Part shown: positions 29,275-39,557 of the stretch, one piece after another | Layout: each line of letters starts with the position of its first letter | Numbering within the stretch: position 1 is the first letter of the stretch | Virus record (IMG/VR): IMGVR_UViG_3300009158_000045 | Location: 9,121 to 73,120 of that record | Reading direction: 5' to 3' (one strand) | DNA: 64,000 nucleotides | Source: a virus | Program-made: the position numbers and the translations under genes | The notes under the pieces: generated by a model | Database searches by the model: none | The model's input: only the letters and a program-made list of their open reading frames with translations | What the model was told of the DNA's origin: nothing

Positions 29275-31512
29275 ATGGTTGCAACACCAGATGACTTAAA
29301 GGATGTTAATTCAAGAATTGAAAATACTGATTACTACCTAATAACAGTACCAGACCTAGATCCTCAATCATCAATATTTGATGGGATATATCATTTTATA
29401 TTTAGATGGCAGTGGGAAGATGGCACTTATGGAAAGTGGTCGGTGGCTAAAGATTTTCAAACACAGGCCATAACACTGCCAGAAGTTGATAGTATTGTAA
29501 GCTCTTGGGCAAACACAACATTAAAAATAACATTCAATAGACCAGAATCAATAATTAAAGGCGTTGCAGTAAACCGTGCAGATAGTTTTAAAATAACACT
29601 TACAGATTCTACATATGGCACTTCATATACTTTTACTCAAAATGTTGACAAGAATAATAAATCTCAAACATTTACTCTTACAGAAGCAATAGCTAGAGAA
29701 CATTTTAGAAAAACCGACAATGCTAAATATTTACCATCACAATATACTGGAAAGATACAGGTAGTAAATAAAGATGGAATAAGCACTGGAATAGTATTTA
29801 CGACAGCGGCATCCGCAAGCGGACTCGGATCAGTAACAATACCAGATGGAGCATGGAGCACTGTATCACAACTTGATGGATATACTGTTGGCTGGGACTT
29901 AAATTATGTTTCACCATTAGGAGTAGCAATGCTTACTCCTGGACAAAAAGAAAATTTTGATTATGCTCAAGTTTATGAGGCAACAACAGCTACTGGTACA
30001 TTTGCAGAAATAGTAAGAGGACAAAGTCCACAAATAATTAAGCATGTTGCCGATCTTACTAAAAAATATGTAAAAATTAGATTTGTTGGAAAAGATGGAA
30101 CTACATCTACATTTTCTAATTACAAAGAAGTAAAAGCGGCTGATCCAAGTGGATATGATGCGACTGCCCCATCCAATGCAAAACCAATAACTGCTGGCAC
30201 ACCATCGGTAGATAGCAATGGTCTATTTGATTTTAACTACAAAGTGCCATTTAGCTGGGTAGCAGAAGAAGATACAACAACATTGGGGTATAAACTTCGA
30301 TGGAGAATAAACGGATCTACAGAGCCCTATCAATACATGTCTGTTCCTGGAAGACTTACAACTACAGCTAACTTATTTGGAGTTCTTGCTGGACAAATTT
30401 ATGAAGTTGGCAAAAGCACATATGACGAATATGACAATGTAAACTCTACGTGGCAATCGACTACGGTTACAGTTCCAGCATTCTCTGGTTCTATTAAAGA
30501 TACAAAATATATAAGTGCTGGTGACATGAAGCTTGGATATGGAGTTGGTCCTGGTGGAGAAGCTTTTAACAAAGGGCTATATTTAAGTCCAAACAACTAT
30601 TGGTATATTTATGGTAATACGGTAACAGATAATACAGCAAGAATAAAAATAGGAAGCTCTACAGATTCTATATACTGGGATGGAGCAAAATTAACAGTTA
30701 GTGGAGAAATTAATGCCAACTCTGGAAACTTTACTGGATCGGTAAGTGTTGGCGGAATTTCAAAAATAGACAATATAACCCAAATACCTGGACAATTAAG
30801 GGTTGTACAAAAATGGAATGTAACAAATCCAGCTTTACCAACTCCAACAATAGGAATTGAAATTGGAAAATTAAACACTGCCTACGTTGATGTGCCAGGA
30901 GTTGCATTATCAAATGGCATTTATGCATATAACATAGACGGGGGGAAGTATGTCCTCATCAATGCAGCAGATGGTTCAATTAGAACAAATAATATAATTG
31001 CATCTGGTACATTTTCAACTACTGGTTACGTAGATGGAGGAATAATGGGAACTGCAACGGTAACAACATCTTTAGGTAATGGTGTTTTGTCACTTACCTC
31101 ATCACTTGCAAGTTCATTTATAAACTGGGGCTCAGCAGCAAATTTATCAATATCAGACCCAAAAGCTTCGGTAACTATTACTCCAGTAGATCTTGTTTTT
31201 AGGCCAGCTGCAGACCTTGGTATCGCAGCAGGAATATTTGCTATTACAGCTTCACCAGGACTTGGACGTGCACTTATTAGTTGGTCTGGTGGCATCTCAG
31301 CGCCAGCAATACAATGGGTAAATTATACATCAACGGAAAGAGGTACACATGCACTAAGAGATGTTGTTGCTGCAAGACCTTTGGTTATTACTGATCAGGG
31401 ATATCAATATTTAGGCGCACAACATTATTACGGAGCAGCAAGCAGTGCAACTATGGCTGGGGCATCATTCGGTGTTGACGGAGACATATATTTTAGTACG
31501 AATGTGAGCTAA
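29275..31512 (+). CDS. tail protein with fibronectin-III-like domains
   Basis: FSWVAEEDTTTLGYKLRWR...YEVGKSTYDEYDN FN3 pattern; WDGAKLTVSGEINANSGNFTG. Confidence 0.65.
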   Translation: MVATPDDLKDVNSRIENTDYYLITVPDLDPQSSIFDGIYHFIFRWQWEDGTYGKWSVAKDFQTQAITLPEVDSIVSSWANTTLKITFNRPESIIKGVAVNRADSFKITLTDSTYGTSYTFTQNVDKNNKSQTFTLTEAIAREHFRKTDNAKYLPSQYTGKIQVVNKDGISTGIVFTTAASASGLGSVTIPDGAWSTVSQLDGYTVGWDLNYVSPLGVAMLTPGQKENFDYAQVYEATTATGTFAEIVRGQSPQIIKHVADLTKKYVKIRFVGKDGTTSTFSNYKEVKAADPSGYDATAPSNAKPITAGTPSVDSNGLFDFNYKVPFSWVAEEDTTTLGYKLRWRINGSTEPYQYMSVPGRLTTTANLFGVLAGQIYEVGKSTYDEYDNVNSTWQSTTVTVPAFSGSIKDTKYISAGDMKLGYGVGPGGEAFNKGLYLSPNNYWYIYGNTVTDNTARIKIGSSTDSIYWDGAKLTVSGEINANSGNFTGSVSVGGISKIDNITQIPGQLRVVQKWNVTNPALPTPTIGIEIGKLNTAYVDVPGVALSNGIYAYNIDGGKYVLINAADGSIRTNNIIASGTFSTTGYVDGGIMGTATVTTSLGNGVLSLTSSLASSFINWGSAANLSISDPKASVTITPVDLVFRPAADLGIAAGIFAITASPGLGRALISWSGGISAPAIQWVNYTSTERGTHALRDVVAARPLVITDQGYQYLGAQHYYGAASSATMAGASFGVDGDIYFSTNVS

Positions 31513-31514
31513 TT

Positions 31515-34500
31515 GTGTCTATATATAAAAAATCTGGTGCCTGGAATCAAATAAAAAGAATTTATTATAAGTCTGGTAGCGTTTGGACCGAAATAAATAA
31601 TGTTTACTATAAGGCATCTGCTGCATGGACTAAAGTTTTTTCTAAAAATAATGCACCAGGAAATACAAGCAAGCCACAAATAACTGGGTCATCTTATTTG
31701 TTTGGAACACTATCTGGTTCACTTGGCTCATGGACAGCTCCAAGTGGAACAAACTCATACGCAAGGCAATGGAAACGTGCCACAGACAATAATGGAGTTC
31801 CAGGAACATATTCTTCAATTTCTGGAGCTACGTCAGCAACCTATACAACAGTTTCCGCAGATGACAATAAATGGATATCTATTTTTATAACTGCTACAAG
31901 TAGCGGTACTGGACAGTCCTCAACAGTTGCCGCAGACGCAGTTTTTGTAAATAAGTACGCACCAGTAAATACAAATGCGAACAGTAAGCCAATTATTACT
32001 GGAGTAACGGAAGTCTTTAATACTTTAACTGCATCATCGACATGGAAAACTCTAACAGATATTGCTGGTGACACCACCCCAGACACTTATACTTATGTCT
32101 GGAAATGGGGAGATACTGGTGCACTTGCAACAAATAATAATAATAGTTCATCCTATACAATTGCTACGGCAGATAAAGGACATACAATAAAGGTTGAAAT
32201 TACTGCAACAAATTCTGGAGGATCAACAACCGTAATATCTGATCCAACTGCCGTAATTACTGGGGCCTTGCCAAAAGCTACAATAAACACCGTTATTGTT
32301 TCTAGAGATCCAAATAGCTATGTATTCACAATTACCAATAATGGCACATGGACAAACTCTCCCACATCCTATAGATATCAGTGGTACGTTGAAACAACTG
32401 TTGCAATTTATGGATCTTCTTGGTCAATAATTAATGGAGCTACAAGCAGTTCTTTTGATGCATCTTCTTATAAAACACAAAATGTAATACCAATTGTTTG
32501 GGCGTCTAATTCCAATGGAGAAAGTACAAGCGGATACGCAAAACTTGCATATGGAGGAACTGGAGTATTCCCTGGAGGAAATGCGCCTCAAGACTCATCA
32601 AAGGTTTTATATAAACTTCCAACAATTACAACATTTACTGTTACTGGTGGAGTAAGAGCATTTTATTATATATCTAATTTTTCTGCTGACGACCCGTCTG
32701 CATCTGCAAGAATGACATGGTCTGGTGCATCAACTAATCCATTTGATCAATTATACCCCACCTCATCAGCAGTACAACAAATATATACCCCAATGGGAAC
32801 TGCTGGATTGCATAACTTTACCCTGACAGTTACAAATACTGGAGCAGGTGCAATTGCTGGATCCGCAACCTCTTCAGTTAACAATGTAAATATTACAGTG
32901 CCAGCAGACTATTCATTTGCTTTTGGTAAAGACTTATATGTATCTACCAATGGTTATGTTGGACTTCTGGATTCTCCAAGCACAAACTTACAGCAACAAT
33001 TTGCAGAATATTCTTTACCAAGGCTTGGTAGACTAATTGCACCATACCTGCGTGATTTAAGGCAAGGACTAACAACAGATACAACTGGTTACGGTTATTT
33101 AAAATATTGGTCTGATGCATCAAGCTTTGTTGTATATTCTACATCATATAATCTAGGTGGAGAAAATATGTCCGCTACCGCAATAGACTATCAAATGAAA
33201 TTTTATACAAATCAATCGTATGTTGATATCAATTACATAAGAGTCGGAGCTTCTATGCCAGCTCCGTCTACAGGCCCAGGGCTGTACTTAGACGGAGCAT
33301 ATCAAAGATTTGGAGTGGCCCCTTATTCTGGTTATAATGGATTTAGAATTTACTTAGATGGAAGCCTGGGCTCTGTTGGACAATATTTTACCTCAATCCC
33401 ATCAGCAGCTTTCTTAATAGCTGGCGGTGTTACATATGGAACAAATGATGATGGATATACAAGAATAGTTGCTTCCGCTAATCAATATGCAAAGCCTCTG
33501 GTTTACTTTAGAACACAATCATTTCCTCCATATCAACAAGATATAATTCCTGGTGCAACAACTTATTCTGTTGGAATCACAACTGGTGGTAACGACATGG
33601 CGTCTTATCAATATGTTTTAAAAAAGACCAGCGATAACAGTTTAAAAGCAAGCGGAACAGAAACCTTAAGCAAATATCTTGCCTTTACAGCCCTAACTCC
33701 TTTAACTCAATATACCCTTACTGTAACCCCATACAATTCGTTATCTCAAGCTGGTGATGATATAGTTTATTCTTTTACTACTCAGGGCATATACACCGTC
33801 ACATTTAATTCTAATGGTGCAACGGGATCTCCTTCATCTGCAAGCGTAACGCAAGCATCAGTTGGTGCATCTGTTACGCTTGCAACAGTTGGAACAATGA
33901 CAAAATCAAATAGCATTTTTGCTGGATGGTCTGCAAATGGAAATACTCCAACATTATCAAATACATATACTCCACTTGAAACTATAACCTTATATGCAGT
34001 TTGGTTGCCGCTATATGCATTTACATTTTCTGCAAATGGAGCAACTGGATCACCCAACATATCTTCTGCAAGACAGACGTCATCAGGCGGAGCAGTTACA
34101 CTTGCAACAATTGGAACAATGGCATATACTGGTAAAAAGTTTCTTGGATGGAGTACATCAAGTACTGCAACAACTGCAACGTATACTTCTGGTTCTAGTC
34201 AAACACCGACATCAGATACTGCTTTATATGCTGTATGGGTAAATTTAACTTTATACAAAGTTAATTTATTTTCAAATGGAGGTAGTGCGTCAGACACTTC
34301 ACTTACACAAACAACAGAGGGTGGCTCAGTAACATTGCCATTTCAGGCAGGAACAAATGGTACATTAGCATTTGGTGGATGGAATACAAATTCATCTGGA
34401 ACTGGCACTAACTATGCTGCAAGCGCAAGTTATACACCAACCGCAAATGTCAGCCTATATGCAAAATGGACTGCACCCGCTGTTAACTATACTATTACAT

Positions 34501-35003
34501 ATAATGCTAATGGAGGTGCTGGTACAACATCGCCTACAACTGGTAATGGTTCTGTAACTTTAAGAGCAAATTCATTTACAAGAACTAACGCCACATTTGT
34601 TTATTGGAGCACTTCGTCAACTGATACTGGAACATCGTATTCTGCTGGAGCACCCTACCCTTTGACTGGAGATGTTATACTTTATGCAATCTGGACAGCG
34701 AATGCAAACTCCGCAACAGCACCAACCGTTACGTTTGTTGGCAATTCTGGAAATACAAAAAGCTGGTCATGGACTGCGTCCACAGTAACTGGTGGAACTT
34801 TAGTTGGATATGATTATTCGGTTAGCTCGACAAGCGGAACATCTGGATTTGGATCCTTTACATCCGTTGCATCAACCCCAAGAACTCTCTCACTCACAGT
34901 CACAAATGCTGCATCAAATCCAAGGTGGCTAAAAGTCAGAGCAAGATATACGGATGGAATAGGAACAGTTAAAACTGGACCAACTAATGCTACTGGAGTA
35001 TAG
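31515..35003 (+). CDS. adhesin-like tail fibre: Ig-like repeats plus four InlB-B (Listeria-Bacteroides)-type repeats
   Basis: P.ITG...TLT...W...Y.YQW Ig repeats; YTVTFNSNGATG...FAGWS...TLYAVW x4; GTG start. Confidence 0.75.
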   Translation: MSIYKKSGAWNQIKRIYYKSGSVWTEINNVYYKASAAWTKVFSKNNAPGNTSKPQITGSSYLFGTLSGSLGSWTAPSGTNSYARQWKRATDNNGVPGTYSSISGATSATYTTVSADDNKWISIFITATSSGTGQSSTVAADAVFVNKYAPVNTNANSKPIITGVTEVFNTLTASSTWKTLTDIAGDTTPDTYTYVWKWGDTGALATNNNNSSSYTIATADKGHTIKVEITATNSGGSTTVISDPTAVITGALPKATINTVIVSRDPNSYVFTITNNGTWTNSPTSYRYQWYVETTVAIYGSSWSIINGATSSSFDASSYKTQNVIPIVWASNSNGESTSGYAKLAYGGTGVFPGGNAPQDSSKVLYKLPTITTFTVTGGVRAFYYISNFSADDPSASARMTWSGASTNPFDQLYPTSSAVQQIYTPMGTAGLHNFTLTVTNTGAGAIAGSATSSVNNVNITVPADYSFAFGKDLYVSTNGYVGLLDSPSTNLQQQFAEYSLPRLGRLIAPYLRDLRQGLTTDTTGYGYLKYWSDASSFVVYSTSYNLGGENMSATAIDYQMKFYTNQSYVDINYIRVGASMPAPSTGPGLYLDGAYQRFGVAPYSGYNGFRIYLDGSLGSVGQYFTSIPSAAFLIAGGVTYGTNDDGYTRIVASANQYAKPLVYFRTQSFPPYQQDIIPGATTYSVGITTGGNDMASYQYVLKKTSDNSLKASGTETLSKYLAFTALTPLTQYTLTVTPYNSLSQAGDDIVYSFTTQGIYTVTFNSNGATGSPSSASVTQASVGASVTLATVGTMTKSNSIFAGWSANGNTPTLSNTYTPLETITLYAVWLPLYAFTFSANGATGSPNISSARQTSSGGAVTLATIGTMAYTGKKFLGWSTSSTATTATYTSGSSQTPTSDTALYAVWVNLTLYKVNLFSNGGSASDTSLTQTTEGGSVTLPFQAGTNGTLAFGGWNTNSSGTGTNYAASASYTPTANVSLYAKWTAPAVNYTITYNANGGAGTTSPTTGNGSVTLRANSFTRTNATFVYWSTSSTDTGTSYSAGAPYPLTGDVILYAIWTANANSATAPTVTFVGNSGNTKSWSWTASTVTGGTLVGYDYSVSSTSGTSGFGSFTSVASTPRTLSLTVTNAASNPRWLKVRARYTDGIGTVKTGPTNATGV
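33792..34700 (+). repeat. four ~75-aa InlB B-type repeats
   Basis: Repeated Y.v.f.aNG.....GW.......Y.......LYAvW; copies 1 and 2 share DNA (gttacgcttgcaacagttggaacaatg vs gttacacttgcaacaattggaacaatg). Confidence 0.8.
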
Positions 35004-35048
35004 TATTAATTAAATAAAAATGATAGAATAGTTAGATTGGAGAAAAAC

Positions 35049-35264
35049 ATGTTAAAAAAAGAACAAAAGCTGGATATTATTGAAAATAGAATTATAATAA
35101 TTGAAGGTACTATATATAATCTAGAGCTCGGAATTCAGGAAGAGGAGGCTAAGAGCAGCCCCTCCGAAAGCTATATTCAAGAATTAAATTTTTTGAAAAG
35201 CGAAAATTTGATGTCTCTAGAAGCAATGAATAACCAATTAGACATAGTGTCTGCCGAGCAGTAA
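35049..35264 (+). CDS. small coiled-coil protein
   Basis: GGAG RBS; resembles the next ORF. Confidence 0.65.
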   Translation: MLKKEQKLDIIENRIIIIEGTIYNLELGIQEEEAKSSPSESYIQELNFLKSENLMSLEAMNNQLDIVSAEQ

Positions 35265-35269
35265 ACAGC

Positions 35270-35299
35270 TTGCCAGATATTAGTCACACATGATATAAT
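35270..35299 (+). promoter_or_regulatory. sigma70-type promoter
   Basis: TTGCCA-N18-TATAAT with extended TG; AGGAGG RBS follows. Confidence 0.6.
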
Positions 35300-35316
35300 A
35301 TAAAAGGAGGAAGACA

Positions 35317-35541
35317 ATGACAATTTTAACAAAGCAGGAAAAGACTGAAATTATATCTGCTCACATTAAGAGCTTAAAGTATAATGAGTATAATCTTCAA
35401 ATGGATCTTTTGCAAGAAAATGCAAAAACTGTTCCTAATACACAGACAGTTACCTCAGTTGAATCTCAGATTCAAGAAACAGGGAAACAAATTACAGCAC
35501 TAAATGCAGAATTAACTGCAGTTGCTGCATTAACAGAATAG
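35317..35541 (+). CDS. small coiled-coil protein
   Basis: AGGAGG RBS; heptad pattern. Confidence 0.75.
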   Translation: MTILTKQEKTEIISAHIKSLKYNEYNLQMDLLQENAKTVPNTQTVTSVESQIQETGKQITALNAELTAVAALTE

Positions 35542-35549
35542 AGATTAAA

Positions 35550-35738
35550 TTGGCAGAAAAAGCAGATTTAGTAATTACTGCTTTGCAGCAAAGAATTGGC
35601 GAATTGGTTTCAAGTTATGAAATTCAAAATGCTATTCTTAGGGCAGAAATTACACAGCTTATGGATGAAGCTGCGGAAAAAGAAAAGATAAAAGATAATT
35701 ATGTTGAAGAAGTTCAAAATATAATTAAAGGCAATTAG
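35550..35738 (+). CDS. small coiled-coil protein
   Basis: TTG start; ITALQQRIGELVSSYE...LRAEITQL. Confidence 0.65.
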   Translation: MAEKADLVITALQQRIGELVSSYEIQNAILRAEITQLMDEAAEKEKIKDNYVEEVQNIIKGN

Positions 35739-35746
35739 GAGTAAAA

Positions 35747-36181
35747 ATGGCAGATGCAACGGTACCAGTACCAAATTTAAATTTTAGTGATGGCGACCCA
35801 CTCACAAGTGAAAAGTTGTCTTTGCTGTATCAATTTATTGTTGATACAAATAAAAAAATTCCTTTAACAAGCGCATCAACTGATGGGACTAAGCCATCAA
35901 AATTTGCTATGGTTTACGGTGACAGCACACAGATATTGGCATTGGCTCCATCTGGAGATACCTCTAAGAGCGTACGTATTGATTTCTCAGCAGCACGTTT
36001 TCCTGGAGCACCAAACATTGTAGTTACACCAAGATATACAAGCACAAAAGCAATTTCATTATTTTATCACGTTGATCAGATAAATGAAAACAACGCAAGA
36101 ATTTCTTATTATCAAGAAAGTAAATCCACTGGCTCAGTTCACTTTGAATGGGTTGCAGTGTACATGGCTACTACAGCCTAG
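35747..36181 (+). CDS. small tail-associated protein with C-terminal beta-sandwich (H-lectin/gp53-like)
   Basis: FSDGDPLTSEKL N-terminus; IDFSAARFPGAPNIVVT...FEWVAV. Confidence 0.55.
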   Translation: MADATVPVPNLNFSDGDPLTSEKLSLLYQFIVDTNKKIPLTSASTDGTKPSKFAMVYGDSTQILALAPSGDTSKSVRIDFSAARFPGAPNIVVTPRYTSTKAISLFYHVDQINENNARISYYQESKSTGSVHFEWVAVYMATTA

Positions 36182-36220
36182 TTGACACAACAAAACAATA
36201 TGTTACAATTACTGTAACAT
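36182..36220 (+). promoter_or_regulatory. near-consensus promoter overlapped by a perfect 8-bp inverted repeat (operator-like)
   Basis: TTGACA-N16-TACAAT with extended TG; ATGTTACA-attac-TGTAACAT at 36200-36220. Confidence 0.75.
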
Positions 36221-36221
36221 C

Positions 36222-36246
36222 AAAGTCACGTACCCGTGGCTTTTTT
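36222..36246 (+). terminator. intrinsic terminator
   Basis: AAAGTCACG-tacc-CGTGGCTTT followed by a T-run. Confidence 0.75.
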
Positions 36247-36262
36247 CGTATTAAGGCTAACT

Positions 36263-37063
36263 ATGAGCAATGATTTAAAATGGATGCTTTCGTCCGACCA
36301 GCAATTCCCATATCAAGATGATAAAATGATTGCGCTTTGGTTTAAGGTAATGAAATGGTTTAAGCCAGATGTTGTTGATTATCTTGGAGATACAGATGAT
36401 CAAGCATGCTATAGCAAATATACTGAAGGTAGATCAGCCGAATTCATGCAGCTTCATAAAAATGATAGTCGTGATCTTATTGTTCCTATGATGCGACATG
36501 AGGCAAAAGGAGCTAGAGATTTTTATGCCAAGACTAGAGAGATGCTTCCAAACGCACAGCTATTCTCTGCATTAGGAAATCACGATATACGTATCTTTAA
36601 TTACGTAGACGCAAAGTTACCAGACTACATTAATGAAGTTACACCAGAAGCCCTTTGGTCGTTAGACTCTCTTGGATATGAATATATTTATTACGATGAG
36701 CTACCCAAGAGACGATTTGGAGATATTCACGTTCACCATGGTCTTTCGATTGCAGCAACAGGGTCTGCAAGAAAAGATATGGAAGACATGCAAGTTTCTT
36801 TAATTCGTGGTCACTCACATAGAATTGCTTCACATATGGTAACATATGAGCTTAGAAATAACGGAGAAGGAGAAACTCTTCGTGGATATGAAATCGGACA
36901 TATGTGTGATGAAAAAGGCCCAGGAATGAAGTATACTCAACATCATGATTGGCAAAAGGGATTTGCTGTTGCACATATTGTAAATGACTACCCTCATATT
37001 CAAATGATTCACGTATCGCCAGACTACTCTTGTGTAGTCGACGGGAAAGTATTTACATTATAA
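36263..37063 (+). CDS. calcineurin-like metallophosphoesterase
   Basis: SDQQ, LGDTDD, LGNHD, HHG, GHSHR motifs. Confidence 0.85.
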   Translation: MSNDLKWMLSSDQQFPYQDDKMIALWFKVMKWFKPDVVDYLGDTDDQACYSKYTEGRSAEFMQLHKNDSRDLIVPMMRHEAKGARDFYAKTREMLPNAQLFSALGNHDIRIFNYVDAKLPDYINEVTPEALWSLDSLGYEYIYYDELPKRRFGDIHVHHGLSIAATGSARKDMEDMQVSLIRGHSHRIASHMVTYELRNNGEGETLRGYEIGHMCDEKGPGMKYTQHHDWQKGFAVAHIVNDYPHIQMIHVSPDYSCVVDGKVFTL

Positions 37064-37248
37064 TGTGGTGTCAAAGATGTAATGGACGAGTTTTTATTGA
37101 TAGAGTTTTTTCTCAAAAACTACATATGGAATTGTTTTGCATTATGTGTGGAAAACGATGGATGATTAATAAAGAAACGAATGCGTTGGCAAAATGGCTA
37201 GACAAAAGAGAAACCATGTACGCAAAGCTTTTCTCTATTTCTTCTTAA
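37063..37248 (+). CDS. small zinc-ribbon protein
   Basis: CQRC...CIMCG; TAATG coupling. Confidence 0.7.
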   Translation: MWCQRCNGRVFIDRVFSQKLHMELFCIMCGKRWMINKETNALAKWLDKRETMYAKLFSISS

Positions 37249-37679
37249 ATAATAAAATACATAAAGTTTTAAGATCATCTCGTGCAAAAGATGAACTTGT
37301 TGCTTGGGTATATGAAGATAAGAAAAGAGTTATGTACTCTTACTCCCAGGTTGAAAAGAATATGGAATCTGCGTATACAATGACGCAAGTTGCATCAATT
37401 TTAAATAAGCATAGGGTGACAATACATGATTATATTTTAGAGGGTAAAGTAAAAACTCCTCAAAAAATATACTCAATAGGTAATGGCAATGATTCAAAGT
37501 GGTCAAAATATATGTTTAACCAGTCTGACATACTTGGTATACATGAATATATACTAGACTCTGGCCATTCTTCAGAACTTCCATCTAAAGCAGAAATTCT
37601 AGCTCTTCTCAAAACAAACTTAATATTGTATACTAAAACAGCAGAAGGAAAATTTGTACCTGTATGGAAGGCGGAGTAA
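37194..37679 (+). CDS. HTH DNA-binding protein (MerR/excisionase-like)
   Basis: YTMTQVASILNKHRVTIHDYILEGKV. Confidence 0.7.
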   Translation: MARQKRNHVRKAFLYFFLNNKIHKVLRSSRAKDELVAWVYEDKKRVMYSYSQVEKNMESAYTMTQVASILNKHRVTIHDYILEGKVKTPQKIYSIGNGNDSKWSKYMFNQSDILGIHEYILDSGHSSELPSKAEILALLKTNLILYTKTAEGKFVPVWKAE

Positions 37680-37798
37680 TGTCCAGGACTATTCAATGTT
37701 CTATATGTAATAAAGAATGGGAATTGCGTTGGGGAGTTTTTGCACATGATAGTTTATCTAGACACATGAGGGAGCATAAAAATGACAACAAGAGTTAA
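37679..37798 (+). CDS. 39-aa C2H2 zinc-finger microprotein
   Basis: MSRTIQCSICNKEW...LSRHMREH; TAATG coupling; below the ORF-track cutoff. Confidence 0.65.
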   Translation: MSRTIQCSICNKEWELRWGVFAHDSLSRHMREHKNDNKS

Positions 37799-37985
37799 AG
37801 TAGATTTATCGTTTACTAGAAATCTTGGTAACTATGAAAGCATTAAAATTGGTGTTGGAATAGAAGATGATGTAAGGCAGGGAGAGACAGTCGATGCTGC
37901 AACAGAAAGAGTTTATGCTTTTGTTGAAAGTAAATTAATTCAAAAAACAGAAGAAGTAGAAGAAGAGCTCAAGAGTGGCAAATAG
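37782..37985 (+). CDS. hypothetical phage protein
   Basis: GGAG RBS; FTRNLGNYESIKI motif. Confidence 0.7.
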   Translation: MTTRVKVDLSFTRNLGNYESIKIGVGIEDDVRQGETVDAATERVYAFVESKLIQKTEEVEEELKSGK

Positions 37986-38298
37986 CAAAGAGCCTTATAT
38001 TCTACTATCTTTATTTCAAAATTTATATAAAGAGAAGTATGGCAAGTATCCATCAATTAATAAGTTTCGTGAAAAATGGGCTATGCAAGATGTCATTGAT
38101 AGTGTAGGATTTGATCGTGCAAAAGAATTGCTTGAATACTATTTTCATCTAACTAAGCACGGACACACCATTCAGTTTTTCCTATATAATTTTGATAAAA
38201 TGGATACCGTAAAAACTGAGATTGAAAAAGATAAAGAAAAACGTCGTTTGTTACTACAAGAAACGAAGAAGATGGTAGAGCAAGGCGGGCTAGAGTGA
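37975..38298 (+). CDS. hypothetical protein preceding the helicase (possible loader)
   Basis: GTG start, overlaps helicase start; function inferred from synteny only. Confidence 0.55.
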   Translation: MANSKEPYILLSLFQNLYKEKYGKYPSINKFREKWAMQDVIDSVGFDRAKELLEYYFHLTKHGHTIQFFLYNFDKMDTVKTEIEKDKEKRRLLLQETKKMVEQGGLE

Positions 38299-39557
38299 AC
38301 ACAGAAGCAGAGCTAATCTCCGCAGTATGTAAAAATAAAGACATAAGTACACTCCTTGCGGATAACGTAGACGATCTATTTACATCGCATAAAGATATTT
38401 GGGATGGATTAAAGTCATACTACTATAAGTTTAAGGCGGTACCAGAAGCAGGAATCCTTCAAGAGAAATTTAAAGACTTTGAGCCAGTAGATGTCAAGGG
38501 ACAAACTGGATATTATCTTGATACATTAAAAAATGAATTTATTTCAAATAAACTTAAAACAATTATTTTACGTGCAGGGTCATCATTAAAAGAAGATGCA
38601 GCCTCAAGAGTTCTTGAGAACATGCAATCTCAATTGGCTGGCCTTAGTAGGTTTACAAACAATGTGCGAGACCTAGACATCACAGATGCAGATGCAGCAA
38701 TTAGACATATGGAGTTGCTAAAAATACGCTCTGCAGAAATGGGTGGATCCCCAGGAATTAAAACTGGATTTGAAGCAATTGATTTAGCATACCCAACAGG
38801 GATGGCTCCAGGACATTTAATTGTTGCAATTGGTTGGCCAGGTCGTGGTAAAACTTGGTTTACATCTTATCTTGCATGCAAAGCATGGGAACAAGGGTTT
38901 AAGCCAATGATTGTTTCACTTGAGATGTCACCAGAAAATATGCGTGATCGTATCTACACAATGCTTGGTTCTGGTTTATTTAAAGCATCTGATTTTTCTA
39001 GGGGAGATATCAATATAGATAACTTCCGCTCATGGTCATCAAAAAAGTTTGCAGATAAAAACGGTTTTATCTTAATTTCAAGCGAGGGCACCACAGAGGT
39101 TACACCTGCAACAATTCAAGGTAAGATCGACCAGCACAAACCAGATTTAGTTATTCTCGACTATCATCAATTATTTAATGATAACAAGCGCAGCAATTCT
39201 GAAGTTGAAAGAAACCGAAATGTTTCTCGTGAATTTAAAATGCTAGCAGTATCCAACAACATACCAATTATTGATATCACTGCAGCTACCGCAGACGATG
39301 TTTCGGATCAGGATAATCCTCCAATGATGTCACAGGTGGCATGGTCAAAGGCAATCGAGTATGATGCTGATATGGCTATGGCCGTACACAGATATCCAGG
39401 AACAAATATGATTGAGGTTGTTTCACGCAAAAATCGTCATGGGCATGAATTTGGTTTATACTTAGATTGGGATATCAACAGGGGTATCGTCAAAGAGATT
39501 TATGAGAATCCATTCCAAAATAATGAATCACAAACCGATAAAAAGATTTCAGGTTAG
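38295..39557 (+). CDS. dnaB: DnaB-like replicative helicase
   Basis: GIKTGF, GWPGRGKT (Walker A), SLEM, ILDY, IEYDAD, KNRHG. Confidence 0.93.
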   Translation: MNTEAELISAVCKNKDISTLLADNVDDLFTSHKDIWDGLKSYYYKFKAVPEAGILQEKFKDFEPVDVKGQTGYYLDTLKNEFISNKLKTIILRAGSSLKEDAASRVLENMQSQLAGLSRFTNNVRDLDITDADAAIRHMELLKIRSAEMGGSPGIKTGFEAIDLAYPTGMAPGHLIVAIGWPGRGKTWFTSYLACKAWEQGFKPMIVSLEMSPENMRDRIYTMLGSGLFKASDFSRGDINIDNFRSWSSKKFADKNGFILISSEGTTEVTPATIQGKIDQHKPDLVILDYHQLFNDNKRSNSEVERNRNVSREFKMLAVSNNIPIIDITAATADDVSDQDNPPMMSQVAWSKAIEYDADMAMAVHRYPGTNMIEVVSRKNRHGHEFGLYLDWDINRGIVKEIYENPFQNNESQTDKKISG

